Source of the DNA: Utricularia gibba
Lineage: Eukaryota > Plantae > Magnoliophyta
Assembly: GCA_002189035.1 (NCBI GenBank)
Contig: NEEC01000112.1
Coordinates: 1 to 64,000, forward strand
Direction: 5' to 3'
Length of the DNA stretch: 64,000 nt
Shown in pieces: positions 24,201-38,500 of the stretch. Every line of letters starts with the position of its first letter. Within the stretch, counting starts at the first letter, position 1. The notes under the pieces were generated by a model, which ran no database searches, had not been told where the DNA came from, and worked only from the letters and a program-made list of their open reading frames with translations. The position numbers were made by a program, and so were the translations under genes.

Positions 24201-27200
24201 CAACACCCGCCTTAAAATGGCAAGCTATTGCTTGAAAAACCATTTAGGCAGCCGCCGAAAACCCAACGTTGATAAATGCATCACTTATTTGGCCGGGCTA
24301 CAAATGACTATGGGCCCGAGCGCGACTCGACCATTTGCTCGATACTAGTGCCAGCCTAGAGCGCCTCCTCAAATATAAATCAGGTTGTTGAGAAAACCAT
24401 TTGGGGTGCTCATGACATCCTAACTTCAAAAAATGCATCACGATTTTCATCGAGTAGCACCCGATTGGCTCAGGAGCCAGACCGAACCTTGGGCCCTTAC
24501 AAAGCTGCCAAAGACAGCACCCGCCTTAAAATGGCAAGCTATTGCTTGAAAAACCATTCAGGCAGCCGCCGAAAACCCAACGTTGATAAATGCATCACTT
24601 ATTTTCCGGGCTACAACTGACTATGGGCCTAGCCCGACCCGACCTCTGGCCCAATCCGAAACCCCCAAGAGCGCCTTCTGAAATATAAAGTAGAGTGTTG
24701 AGAAAACCCATTGGGGTTCTCATGACATCCTAAATAAAGCAAATGCATTACGATTTCGTCGAGTACGACCCGATTGGGCTTAGTAGCCAGACCGAATCTC
24801 GGGCCTTGACAAAGCTCCCAACGACAACACCCGCCTTAAAATGGCAAGCTATTGCTTGAAAAACCATTTAGGCAGCCGCCGAAAACCCAACGTTGATAAA
24901 TGCATCACTTATTTGGCCGGGCTACAAATGACTATGGGCCGAGCGCGACTCGACCATTTGCTCGATACTAGTGCCAGCCTAGAGCGCCTCCTCAAATATA
25001 AATCAGGTTGTTGAGAAAACCATTTGGGGTGCTCATGACATCCTAACTTCAAAAAAATGCATCACGATTTTCATCGAGTAGCACCCGATTGGGCTCAGGA
25101 GCCAGACCGAACCTTGGGCCCTTACAAAGCTGCCAAAGACAGCACCCGCCTTAAAATGGCAAGCTATTGCTTGAAAAACCATTCAGGCAGCCGCCGAAAA
25201 CCCAACGTTGATAAATGCATCACTTATTTTCCGGGCTACAACTGACTATGGGCCATAGCCCGACCCGACCTCTGGCCCAATCCCGAAACCCCCCAAGAGC
25301 GCCTTCTAAAATATAAAGTAGAGTGTTGAGAAAACCCATTGGGGTTCTCATGACATCCTAACTAAAGCAAATGCATTACGATTTCGTCGAGTACGACCCG
25401 ATTGGGCTTAGTAGCCAGACCGAATCTCGGGCCCTGACAAAGCTGCCAACGACAACACCCGCCTTAAAATGGCAAGCTATTGCTTGAAAAACCATTAGGC
25501 AGCCGCCGAAAACCCAACGTTGATAAATGCATCACTTATTTGGCCGGGCTACAAATGACTATGGGCCAGAGCGCGACTCGACCATTTGCTCGATACTAGT
25601 GCCAGCCTAGAGCGCCTCCTCAAATATAAATCAGGTTGTTGAGAAAACCATTTGGGGTGCTCATGACATCCTAACTTCAAAAAATGCATCACGATTTTCA
25701 TCGAGTAGCACCCGATTGGGCTCAGGAGCCAGACCGAACCTTGGGCCCTTACAAAGCTGCCAACGACAGCACCCGCCTTAAAATGGCAAGCTATTGCTTG
25801 AAAAACCATTCAGGCAGCCGCCGAAAACCCAACGTTGATAAATGCATCACTTATTTTCCGGGCTACAACTGACTATGGGCCATAGCCCGACCCGACCTCT
25901 GGCCCAATCCCGAAACCCCCAAGAGCGCCTTCTGAAATATAAAGTAGAGTGTTGAGAAAACCCATTGGGGTTCTCATGACATCCTAACTAAAGCAAATGC
26001 ATTACGATTTCGTCGAGTACGACCCGATTGGGCTTAGTAGCCAGACCGAATCTCGGGCCCTGACAAAGCTCCCAACTATAGCACCCACCTTAAAACGGCA
26101 AGCTGTTGCTTGAAAAACCATTTAGGTAGCCGCCGAAAACCCATCGTTGATAAATGCATCACTTATTTTCCGGGCTACAACTGACTATTGGCCTGAGCCC
26201 GACCCGACCTCTGGCCCAATCCCGAAACCCTCCGAGAGCGCCTTCTCAAATATATAGCAGAGTGTTGAGAAAACCCATTGGGGTTCTCATGACATCCTAA
26301 CTACATCAAATGCGTTACGATTTTCGTCGAGTGCGACCCGATTGGGCTTAGTAGCCAGACCGAATCTCGGGCCGGACAAAGCTCCCAACGACAGCACCCG
26401 CCTTTAAATGGCAAGCTGTTGCTTGAAAAACCATGTGGGCAGCCGCCGACAACCCAACGTTAATAAATGCATCACTTCTTTTGCCGGGCTACAGCTGACT
26501 TTGGGCTCAAGCCCGACCCGAATCCGGCCCGATCTCGGTGACCCACAAAAGCGCCTTGTCAAGTGTAAAGCATGCTGTTGAAAAAACCAGTTGGGGTGGT
26601 CATGAGATCCTAACTTCAATAAAGGCATCACGATTTACGTCGAATGGTATCGGATTGTGCTGTGAAGTCAGACCGAACCTTGGGTCCGGACGAAGTTGCC
26701 AACAACAGCACCCGCAAAAAACGACAACTTTTCCTCGAAAAAAGCATGTAGGCAGCCGCCGAAAACCCAACGTTAATAAATGCATCACTTTTTGGCCGGG
26801 CTACAAATGACTATGGGCCAGAGCACGACTCGACCATTTGCTCGATACTAGTGCCAGCCTAGAGCGCCTCCTCAAATATAAATCAGGTTGTTGAGAAAAC
26901 CATTTGGGGTGCTCATGACACCTAACTTCAAAAAATGCATCACGATTTTCATCGAGTAGCACCCGATTGGGCTTAGTAGCCAGACCGAATCTCGGGCCCT
27001 GACAAAGCTCCCAACTACAGCACCCACCTTAAAACGGCAAGCTGTCGCTTGAAAAACCATTTAGGCAGCCGCCGAAAACCCATCGTTGATAAATGCATCA
27101 CTTATTTTCCGGGCTACAACTGACTATTGGCCTGAGCCCGACCCGACCTCTGGCCCAATCCCGAAACCCCCCAAGAGCGCCTTCTGAAATATAAAGTAGA

Positions 27201-30200
27201 GTGTTGAGAAAACCCATTGGGGTTCTCATGACATCCTAACTAAAGCAAATGCATTACGATTTCGTCGAGTACGACCCGATTGGGCTTAGTAGCCAGACCG
27301 AATCTCGGGCCCTGACAAAGCTGCCAACGACAACACCCGCCTTAAAATGGCAAGCTATTGCTTGAAAAACCATTTAGGCAGCCGCCGAAAACCCAACGTT
27401 GATAAATGCATCACTTATTTGGCCGGGCTACAAATGACTATGGGCCCGAGCGCGACTCGACCATTTGCTCGATACTAGTGCCAGCCTAGAGCGCCTCCTC
27501 AAATATAAATCAGGTTGTTGAGAAAACCATTTGGGGTGCTCATGACATCCTAACTTCAAAAAATGCATCACGATTTTCATCGAGTAGCACCCGATTGGCT
27601 CAGGAGCCAGACCGAACCTTGGGCCCTTACAAAGCTGCCAAAGACAGCACCCGCCTTAAAATGGCAAGCTATTGCTTGAAAAACCATTCAGGCAGCCGCC
27701 GAAAACCCAACGTTGATAAATGCATCACTTATTTTCCGGGCTACAACTGACTATGGGCCATAGCCCGACCCGACCTCTGGCCCAATACCGAAACCCCCCA
27801 AGAGCGCCTTCTGAAATATAAAGTAGAGTGTTGAGAAAACCCATTGGGGTTCTCATGACATCCTAACTAAAGCAAATGCATTACGATTTCGTCGAGTACG
27901 ACCCGATTGGGCTTAGTAGCCAGACCGAATCTCGGGCCCTGACAAAGCTCCCAACGACAACACCCGCCTTAAAATGGCAAGCTATTGCTTGAAAAACCAT
28001 TTAGGCAGCCGCCGAAAACCCAACGTTGATAAATGCATCACTTATTTGGCCGGGCTACAAATGACTATGGGCCGAGCGCGACTCGACCATTTGCTCGATA
28101 CTAGTGCCAGCCTAGAGCGCCTCCTCAAATATAAATCAGGTTGTTGAGAAAACCATTTGGGGTGCTCATGACATCCTAACTTCAAAAAATGCATCACGAT
28201 TTTCATCGAGTAGCACCCGATTGGGCTCAGGAGCCAGACCGAACCTTGGGCCCTTACAAAGCTGCCAAAGACAGCACCCGCCTTAAAATGGCAAGCTATT
28301 GCTTGAAAAACCATTCAGGCAGCCGCCGAAAACCCAACGTTGATAAATGCATCACTTATTTTCCGGGCTACAACTGACTATGGCCATAGCCCGACCCGAC
28401 CTCTGGCCCAATCCCGAAACCCCCCAAGAGCGCCTTCTAAAATATAAAGTAGAGTGTTGAGAAAACCCATTGGGGTTCTCATGACATCCTAACTAAAGCA
28501 AATGCATTACGATTTCGTCGAGTACGACCCGATTGGGCTTAGTAGCCAGACCGAATCTCGGGCCCTGACAAAGCTGCCAACGACAACACCCGCCTTAAAA
28601 TGGCAAGCTATTGCTTGAAAAACCATTAGGCAGCCGCCGAAAACCCAACGTTGATAAATGCATCACTTTTTGGCCGGGCTACAAATGACTATGGGCCAGA
28701 GCGCGACTCGACCATTTGCTCGATACTAGTGCCAGCCTAGAGCGCCTCCTCAAATATAAATCAGGTTGTTGAGAAAACCATTTGGGGTGCTCATGACATC
28801 CTAACTTCAAAAAATGCATCACGATTTTCATCGAGTAGCACCCGATTGGGCTCAGGAGCCAGACCGAACCTTGGCCCCTTACAAAGCTGCCAACGACAGC
28901 ACCCGCCTTAAAATGGCAAGCTATTGCTTGAAAAACCATTCAGGCAGCCGCCGAAAACCCAACGTTGATAAATGCATCACTTATTTTCCGGGCTACAACT
29001 GACTATGGGCCATAGCCCGACCCGACCTCTGGCCCAATCCCGAAACCCCCAAGAGCGCCTTCTGAAATATAAAGTAGAGTGTTGAGAAAACCCATTGGGG
29101 TTCTCATGACATCCTAACTAAAGCAAATGCATTACGATTTCGTCGAGTACGACCCGATTGGGCTTAGTAGCCAGACCGAATCTCGGGCCCTGACAAAGCT
29201 CCCAACTATAGCACCCACCTTAAAACGGCAAGCTGTTGCTTGAAAAACCATTTAGGTAGCCGCCGAAAACCCATCGTTGATAAATGCATCACTTATTTTC
29301 CGGGCTACAACTGACTATTGGCCTGAGCCCGACCCGACCTCTGGCCCAATCCCGAAACCCTCCGAGAGCGCCTTCTCAAATATAGCAGAGTGTTGAGAAA
29401 ACCCATTGGGTTCTCATGACATCCTAACTACATCAAATGCGTTACGATTTTCGTCGAGTGCGACCCGATTGGGCTTAGTAGCCAGACCGAATCTCGGGCC
29501 GGACAAAGCTCCCAACGACAGCACCCGCCTTTAAATGGCAAGCTGTTGCTTGAAAAACCATGTGGGCAGCCGCCGACAACCCAACGTTAATAAATGCATC
29601 ACTTCTTTTGCCGGGCTACAGCTGACTTTGGGCTCAAGCCCGACCCGAATCCGGCCCGATCTCGGTGACCCACAAAAGCGCCTTGTCAAGTGTAAAGCAT
29701 GCTGTTGAAAAAACCATTGGGTGGTCATGAGATCCTAACTTCAATAAAGGCATCACGATTTACGTCGAATGGTATCGGATTGTGCTGTGAAGTCAGACCG
29801 AACCTTGGGTCCGGACGAAGTTGCCAACAACAGCACCCGCAAAAAAACGACAACTTTTCCTCGAAAAAAGCATGTAGGCAGCCGCCGAAAACCCAACGTT
29901 AATAAATGCATCACTTTTTTGGCCGGGCTACAAATGACTATGGGCCAGAGCACGACTCGACCATTTGCTCGATACTAGTGCCAGCCTAGAGCGCCTCCTC
30001 AAATATAAATCAGGTTGTTGAGAAAACCATTTGGGGTGCTCATGACATCCTAACTTCAAAAAATGCATCACGATTTTCATCGAGTAGCACCCTGATTGGG
30101 CTTAGTAGCCAGACCGAATCTCGGGCCCTGACAAAGCTCCCAACTACAGCACCCACCTTAAAACGGCAAGCTGTTGCTTGAAAAACCATTTAGGCAGCCG

Positions 30201-30689
30201 CCGAAAACCCATCGTTGATAAATGCATCACTTATTTTCCGGGCTACAACTGACTATTGGCCTGAGCCCGACCCGACCTCTGGCCCAATCCCGAAACCCCC
30301 CAAGAGCGCCTTCTGAAATATAAAGTAGAGTGTTGAGAAAACCCATTGGGGTTCTCATGACATCCTAACTAAAGCAAATGCATTACGATTTCGTCGAGTA
30401 CGACCCGATTGGGCTTAGTAGCCAGACCGAATCTCGGGCCCTGACAAAGCTGCCAACGACAACACCCGCCTTTAAAATGGCAAGCTATTGCTTGAAAAAC
30501 CATTTAGGCAGCCGCCGAAAACCCAACGTTGATAAATGCATCACTTATTTGGCCGGGCTACAAATGACTATGGGCCAGAGCGCGACTCGACCATTTGCTC
30601 GATACTAGTGCCAGCCTAGAGCGCCTCCTCAAATATAAATCAGGTTGTTGAGAAAACCATTTGGGGTGCTCATGACATCCTAACTTCAA
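21296..30689. repeat. Three tandem copies of a ~3,132 bp 20-monomer HOR
   Basis: Copies span 21296-24430, 24431-27560 and 27561-30689. Identical incidental ORFs recur at 21923/25057/28189 and 22551/25684/28814. Private SNPs recur at the same period: CCTTCTAAAA, AGGTAGCC, AATGGTATCG, GTTGCCAAC and GAGCACGACT. Confidence 0.9.
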
Positions 30690-32571
30690 AAATGCATCAC
30701 GATTTTCATCGAGTAGCACCCGATGGGCTCAGGAGCCAGACCGAACCTTGGGCCCTTACAAAGCTGCCAACGACAGCACCCGCCTTAAAATGGCAAGCTA
30801 TTGCTTGAAAAACCATTCAGGCAGCCGCCGAAAACCCAACGTTGATAAATGCATCACTTATTTTCCGGGCTACAACTGACTATGGGCCATAGCCCGACCC
30901 GACCTCTGGCCCAATCCCGAAACCCCCCAAGAGCGCCTTCTGAAATATAAAGTAGAGTGTTGAGAAAACCCATTGGGGTTCTCATGACATCCTAACTAAA
31001 GCAAATGCATTACGATTTCGTCGAGTACGACCCGATTGGGCTTAGTAGCCAGACCGAATCTCGGGCCCTGACAAAGCTCCCAACTATAGCACCCACCTTA
31101 AAACGGCAAGCTGTTGCTTGAAAAACCATTTAGGTAGCCGCCGAAAACCCATCGTTGATAAATGCATCACTTATTTTCCGGGCTACAACTGACTATTGGC
31201 CTGAGCCCGACCCGACCTCTGGCCCAATCCCGAAACCCTCCGAGAGCGCCTTCTCAAATATATAGCAGAGTGTTGAGAAAACCCATTGGGGTTCTCATGA
31301 CATCCTAACTACATCAAATGCGTTACGATTTTCGTCGAGTGCGACCCGATTGGGCTTAGTAGCCAGACCGAATCTCGGGCCGGACAAAGCTCCCAACGAC
31401 AGCACCCGCCTTTAAATGGCAAGCTGTTGCTTGAAAAACCATGTGGGCAGCCGCCGACAACCCAACGTTAATAAATGCATCACTTCTTTTGCCGGGCTAC
31501 AGCTGACTTTGGGCTCAAGCCCGACCCGAATCCGGCCCGATCTCGGTGACCCACAAAAGCGCCTTGTCAAGTGTAAAGCATGCTGTTGAAAAAACCAGTT
31601 GGGGTGGTCATGAGATCCTAACTTCAATAAAGGCATCACGATTTACGTCGAATGGTATCGGATTGTGCTGTGAAGTCAGACCGAACCTTGGGTCCGGACG
31701 AAGTTGCCAACAACAGCACCCGCAAAAAAACGACAACTTTTCCTCGAAAAAAGCATGTAGGCAGCCGCCGAAAACCCAACGTTAATAAATGCATCACTTT
31801 TTTGGCCGGGCTACAAATGACTATGGGCCAGAGCACGACTCGACCATTTGCTCGATACTAGTGCCAGCCTAGAGCGCCTCCTCAAATATAAATCAGGTTG
31901 TTGAGAAAACCATTTGGGGTGCTCATGACACCCTAACTTCAAAAAATGCATCACGATTTTCATCGAGTAGCACCCGATTGGGCTTAGTAGCCAGACCGAA
32001 TCTCGGGCCCTGACAAAGCTCCCAACTACAGCACCCACCTTAAAACGGCAAGCTGTCGCTTGAAAAACCATTTAGGCAGCCGCCGAAAACCCATCGTTGA
32101 TAAATGCATCACTTATTTTCCGGGCTACAACTGACTATTGGCCTGAGCCCGACCCGACCTCTGGCCCAATCCCGAAACCCCCCAAGAGCGCCTTCTGAAA
32201 TATAAAGTAGAGTGTTGAGAAAACCCATTGGGGTTCTCATGACATCCTAACTAAAGCAAATGCATTACGATTTCGTCGAGTACGACCCGATTGGGCTTAG
32301 TAGCCAGACCGAATCTCGGGCCCTGACAAAGCTGCCAACGACAACACCCGCCTTAAAATGGCAAGCTATTGCTTGAAAAACCATTTAGGCAGCCGCCGAA
32401 AACCCAACGTTGATAAATGCATCACTTATTTGGCCGGGCTACAAATGACTATGGGCCAGAGCGCGACTCGACCATTTGCTCGATACTAGTGCCAGCCTAG
32501 AGCGCCTCCTCAAATATAAATCAGGTTGTTGAGAAAACCATTTGGGGTGCTCATGACATCCTAACTTCAAA
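30690..32571. repeat. 12-monomer (~1,880 bp) truncated copy of the 20-mer HOR
   Basis: Structure is A-r-C-s-D-p-B-q plus A/C-r-C3-q', with the same private SNPs as 28812-30689. The two GCCAAAGAC-type 4-mers are missing. Confidence 0.85.
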
Positions 32572-35500
32572 AAATGCATCACGATTTTCATCGAGTAGCA
32601 CCCGATTGGGCTCAGGAGCCAGACCGAACCTTGGGCCCTTACAAAGCTGCCAACGACAGCACCCGCCTTAAAATGGCAAGCTATTGCTTGAAAAACCATT
32701 CAGGCAGCCGCCGAAAACCCAACGTTGATAAATGCATCACTTATTTTCCGGGCTACAACTGACTATGGGCCATAGCCCGACCCGACCTCTGGCCCAATCC
32801 CGAAACCCCCCAAGAGCGCCTTCTGAAATATAAAGTAGAGTGTTGAGAAAACCCATTGGGGTTCTCATGACATCCTAACTACATCAAATGCGTTACGATT
32901 TTCGTCGAGTGCGACCCGATTGGGCTTAGTAGCCAGACCGAATCTCGGGCCGGACAAAGCTCCCAACGACAACACCCGCCTTTAAATGGCAAGCTGTTGC
33001 TTGAAAAACCATGTGGGCAGCCGCCGACAACCCAACGTTAATAAATGCATCACTTCTTTTGCCGGGCTACAGCTGACTTTGGGCTCAAGCCCGACCCGAA
33101 TCCGGCCCGATCTCGGTGACCCACAAAAGCGCCTTGTCAAGTGTAAAGCATGCTGTTGAAAAACCATTTGGTGGTCATGAGATCCTAACTTCAATAAAGG
33201 CATCACGATTTACGTCGAATGGTATCGGATTGTGCTGTGAAGTCAGACCGAACCTTGGGTCCGGACGAAGTTCCCAACAACAGCACCCGCAAAAAAACGA
33301 CAACTTTTCCTCGAAAAAAGCATGTAGGCAGCCGCCGAAAACCCAACGTTAATAAATGCATCACTTTTTTGGCCGGGCTACAAATGACTATGGGCCAGAG
33401 CGCGACTCGACCATTTGCTCGATACTAGTGCCAGCCTAGAGCGCCTCCTCAAATATAAATCAGGTTGTTGAGAAAACCATTTGGGGTGCTCATGACATCC
33501 TAACTTCAAAAAATGCATCACGATTTTCATCGAGTAGCACCCGATTGGGCTTAGTAGCCAGACCGAATCTCGGGCCCTGACAAAGCTCCCAACTACAGCA
33601 CCACCTTAAAACGGCAAGCTGTTGCTTGAAAAACCATTTAGGCAGCCGCCGAAAACCCATCGTTGATAAATGCATCACTTATTTTCCGGGCTACAACTGA
33701 CTATTGGCCTGAGCCCGACCCGACCTCTGGCCCAATCCGAAACCCTCCGAGAGCGCCTTCTCAAATATATAGCAGAGTGTTGAGAAAACCCATTGGGGTT
33801 CTCATGACATCCTAACTACATCAAATGCGTTACGATTTTCGTCGAGTGCGACCCGATTGGGCTTAGTAGCCAGACCGAATCTCGGGCCGGACAAAGCTCC
33901 CAACGACAGCCCGCCTTTAAATGGCAAGCTGTTGCTTGAAAAACCATGTGGGCAGCCGCCGACAACCCAACGTTAATAAATGCATCACTTCTTTTGCCGG
34001 GCTACAGCTGACTTTGGGCTCAAGCCCGACCCGAATCCGGCCCGATCTCGGTGACCCACAAAAGCGCCTTGTCAAGTGTAAAGCATGCTGTTGAAAAAAC
34101 CATTTGGGGTGGTCATGAGATCCTAACTTCAATAAAGGCATCACGATTTCGTCGAATGGATCGGATTGTGCTGTGAAGTCAGACCGAACCTTGGGTCCGG
34201 ACGAAGTTGCCAACAACAGCACCCGCAAAAAAACGACAACTTTTCCTCAAAAAGCATGTAGGCAGCCGCCGAAAACCCAACGTTAATAAATGCATCACTT
34301 TTTTGGCCGGGCTACAAATGACTATGGGCCAGAGCGCGACTCGACCATTTGCTCGATACTAGTGCCAGCCTAGAGCGCCTCCTCAAATATAAATCAGGTT
34401 GTTGAGAAAACCATTTGGGGTGCTCATGACATCCTAACTTCAAAAAATGCATCACGATTTTCATCGAGTAGCACCGATTGGGCTTAGTAGCCAGACCGAA
34501 TCTCGGGCCCTGACAAAGCTCCCAACTACAGCACCCACCTTAAAACGGCAAGCTGTGCTTGAAAAACCATTTAGGCAGCCGCCGAAAACCCACGTTGATA
34601 AATGCATCACTTATTTCCGGGCTACAACTGACTATGGCCTGAGCCCGACCCGACCTCTGGCCCAATCCCGAAACCCCCAAGAGCGCCTTCTGAAATATAA
34701 AGTAGAGTGTTGAGAAAACCCATTGGGGTTCTCATGACATCCTAACTAAAGCAAATGCATACGATTTCGTCGAGTACGACCCGATTGGGCTTAGTAGCCA
34801 GACCGAATCTCGGGCCCTGACAAAGCTCCAACGACAGCACCCGCCTTAAAATGGCAAGCTATTGCTTGAAAAACCATTTAGGCAGCCGCCGAAAACCCAA
34901 CGTTGATAAATGCATCACTTATTTGGCCGGGCTACAAATGACTATGGGCCAGAGCGCGACTCGACCATTTGCTCGATACTAGTGCCAGCCTAGAGCGCCT
35001 CCTCAAATATAAATCAGGTTGTTGAGAAAACCATTTGGGGTGCTCATGACATCCTAACTTCAAAAATGCATCACGATTTTCATCGAGTAGCACCCGATTG
35101 GGCTCAGGAGCCAGACCGAACCTTGGGCCCTACAAAGCTGCCAACGACAGCACCGCCTTAAAACGGCAAGCTATTGCTTGAAAAACCATTAGGCAGCCGC
35201 CGAAAACCCAACGTTGATAAATGCATCACTTATTTTCCGGGCTACAACTGACTATGGGCCTGAGCCCGACCCGACCTCTGGCCCAATCCCGAAACCCCCC
35301 AAGAGCCTTCTCAAATAAAGTAGAGTGTTGAGAAAACCCATTGGGGTTCTCATGACATCCTAACTACATCAAATGCGTTACGATTTTCGTCGAGTGCGAC
35401 CCGATTGGGCTTAGTAGCCAGACCGAATCTCGGGCCGGACAAAGCTCCCAACGACAGCACCCGCCTTTAAATGGCAAGCTGTTGCTTGAAAACCATGTGG

Positions 35501-38500
35501 GCAGCCGCCGACAACCCAACGTTAATAAATGCATCACTTCTTTTGCCGGGCTACAGCTGACTTTGGGCTCAAGCCCGACCCGAATCCGGCCCGATCTCGG
35601 TGACCCACAAAAGCGCCTTGTCAAGTGTAAAGCATGCTGTTGAAAAACCATTTGGGTGGTCATGAGATCCTAACTTCAATAAAGGCATCACGATTTCGTC
35701 GAATGGATCGGATTGTGCTGTGAAGTCAGACCGAACCTTGGGTCCGGACGAAGTTCCCAACAACAGCACCCGAAAAAAACGACAACTTTTCCTCAAAAAG
35801 CATGTAGGCAGCCGCCGAAAACCCAACGTTAATAAATGCATCACTTTTTTGGCCGGGCTACAAATGACTATGGGCCAGAGCGCGACTCGACCATTTGCTC
35901 GATACTAGTGCCAGCCTAGAGCGCCTCCTCAAATATAAATCAGGTTGTTGAGAAAACCATTTGGGGTGCTCATGACATCCTAACTTCAAAAATGCATCAC
36001 GATTTTCATCGAGTAGCACCCGATTGGGCTTAGTAGCCAGACCGAATCTCGGGCCCTGACAAAGCTCCCAACTAGAGCACCCACCTTAAAACGGCAAGCT
36101 GTTGCTTGAAAAACCATTTAGGCAGCCGCCGAAAACCCATCGTTGATAAATGCATCACTTATTTTCCGGGCTACAACTGACTATTGGCCTGAGCCCGACC
36201 CGACCTCTGGCCCAATCCCGAAACCCTCCGAGAGCGCCTTCTCAAATATATAGCAGAGTGTTGAGAAAACCCATTGGGGTTCTCATGACATCCTAACTAC
36301 ATCAAATGCGTTACGATTTTCGTCGAGTGCGACCCGATTGGGCTTAGTAGCCAGACCGAATCTCGGGCCGGACAAAGCTCCCAACGACAGCACCCGCCTT
36401 TAATGGCAAGCTGTTGCTTAACCATGTGGGCAGCCGCCGACAACCCAACGTTAATAAATGCATCACTTCTTTTGCCGGGCTACAGCTGACTTTGGGCTCA
36501 AGCCCGACCGAATCCGGCCGATCTCGGTGACCCAAAAGCGCCTTGTCAAGTGTAAAGCATGCTGTTGAAAAAACCATTTGGGGTGGTCATGAGATCCTAA
36601 CTTCAATAAAGGCATCACGATTTCGTCGAATGGATCGGATTGTGCTGTGAAGTCAGACCGAACCTTGGGTCCGGACGAAGTTGCCAACAACAGCACCCGC
36701 AAAAAAACGACAACTTTTCCTCGAAAAAAGCATGTAGGCAGCCGCCGAAAACCCAACGTTAATAAATGCATCACTTTTTTGGCCGGGCTACAAATGACTA
36801 TGGGCCAGAGCGCGACTCGACCATTTGCTCGATACTAGTGCCAGCCTAGAGCGCCTCCTCAAATATAAATCAGGTTGTTGAGAAAACCATTTGGGGTGCT
36901 CATGACATCCTAACTTCAAAAATGCATCACGATTTTCATCGAGTAGCACCCGATTGGGCTAGGAGCCAGACCGAACCTTGGGCCCTTACAAAGCTGCCAA
37001 CGACAGCACCCGCCTTTAAATGGCAAGCTATTGCTTGAAAAACCATTCAGGCAGCCGCCGAAAACCCAACGTTGATAAATGCATCACTTCTTTTGCCGGG
37101 CTACAGCTGACTTTGGGCTCAAGCCCGACCCGAATCCGGCCCGATCTCGGTGACCCACAAAAGCGCCTTGTCAAGTGTAAAGCATGCTGTTGAAAAAACC
37201 ATTTGGGTGGTCATGAGATCCTAACTTCAATAAAGGCATCACGATTTCGTCGAATGGATCGGATTGTGCTGTGAAGTCAGACCGAACCTTGGGTCCGGAC
37301 GAAGTTCCAACAACAGCACCCGCAAAAAAACGACAACTTTTCCTCGAAAAAAGCATGTAGGCAGCCGCCGAAAACCCAACGTTAATAAATGCATCACTTT
37401 TTTGGCCGGGCTACAAATGACTATGGGCCAGAGCGCGACTCGACCATTTGCTCGATACTAGTGCCAGCCTAGAGCGCCTCCTCAAATATAAATCAGGTTG
37501 TTGAGAAAACCATTTGGGGTGCTCATGACATCCTAACTTCAAAAAATGCATCACGATTTTCATCGAGTAGCACCCGATTGGGCTCAGGAGCCAGACCGAA
37601 CCTTGGGCCCTTACAAAGCTGCCAACGACAGCACCCGCCTTAAAATGGCAAGCTATTGCTTGAAAAACCATTCAGGCAGCCGCCGAAAACCCAACGTTGA
37701 TAAATGCATCACTTATTTTCCGGGCTACAACTGACTATGGGCCATAGCCCGACCCGACCTCTGGCCCAATCCGAAACCCCCCAAGAGCGCCTTCTGAAAT
37801 ATAAAGTAGAGTGTTGAGAAAACCCATTGGGGTTCTCATGACATCCTAACTAAAGCAAATGCATTACGATTTCGTCGAGTACGACCCGATTGGGCTTAGT
37901 AGCCAGACCGAATCTCGGGCCCTGACAAAGCTCCCAACTACAGCACCCACCTTAAAACGGCAAGCTGTTGCTTGAAAAACCATTTAGGCAGCCGCCGAAA
38001 ACCCATCGTTGATAAATGCATCACTTATTTTCCGGGCTACAACTGACTATTGGCCTGAGCCCGACCCGACCTCTGGCCCAATCCCGAAACCCTCCGAGGG
38101 CGCCTTCTCAAATATATAGCAGAGTGTTGAGAAAACCCATTGGGGTTCTCATGACATCCTAACTACATCAAATGCGTTACGATTTTCGTCGAGTGCGACC
38201 CGATTGGGCTTAGTAGCCAGACCGAATCTCGGGCCGGACAAAGCTCCCAACGACAGCACCCGCCTTTAAATGGCAAGCTGTTGCTTGAAAACCATGTGGG
38301 CAGCCGCCGACAACCCAACGTTAATAAATGCATCACTTCTTTTGCCGGGCTACAGCTGACTTTGGGCTCAAGCCCGACCCGAATCCGGCCCGATCTCGGT
38401 GACCCACAAAAGCGCCTTGTCAAGTGTAAAGCATGCTGTTGAAAAAACCATTTGGGGTGGTCATGAGATCCTAACTTCAATAAAGGCATCACGATTTCGT

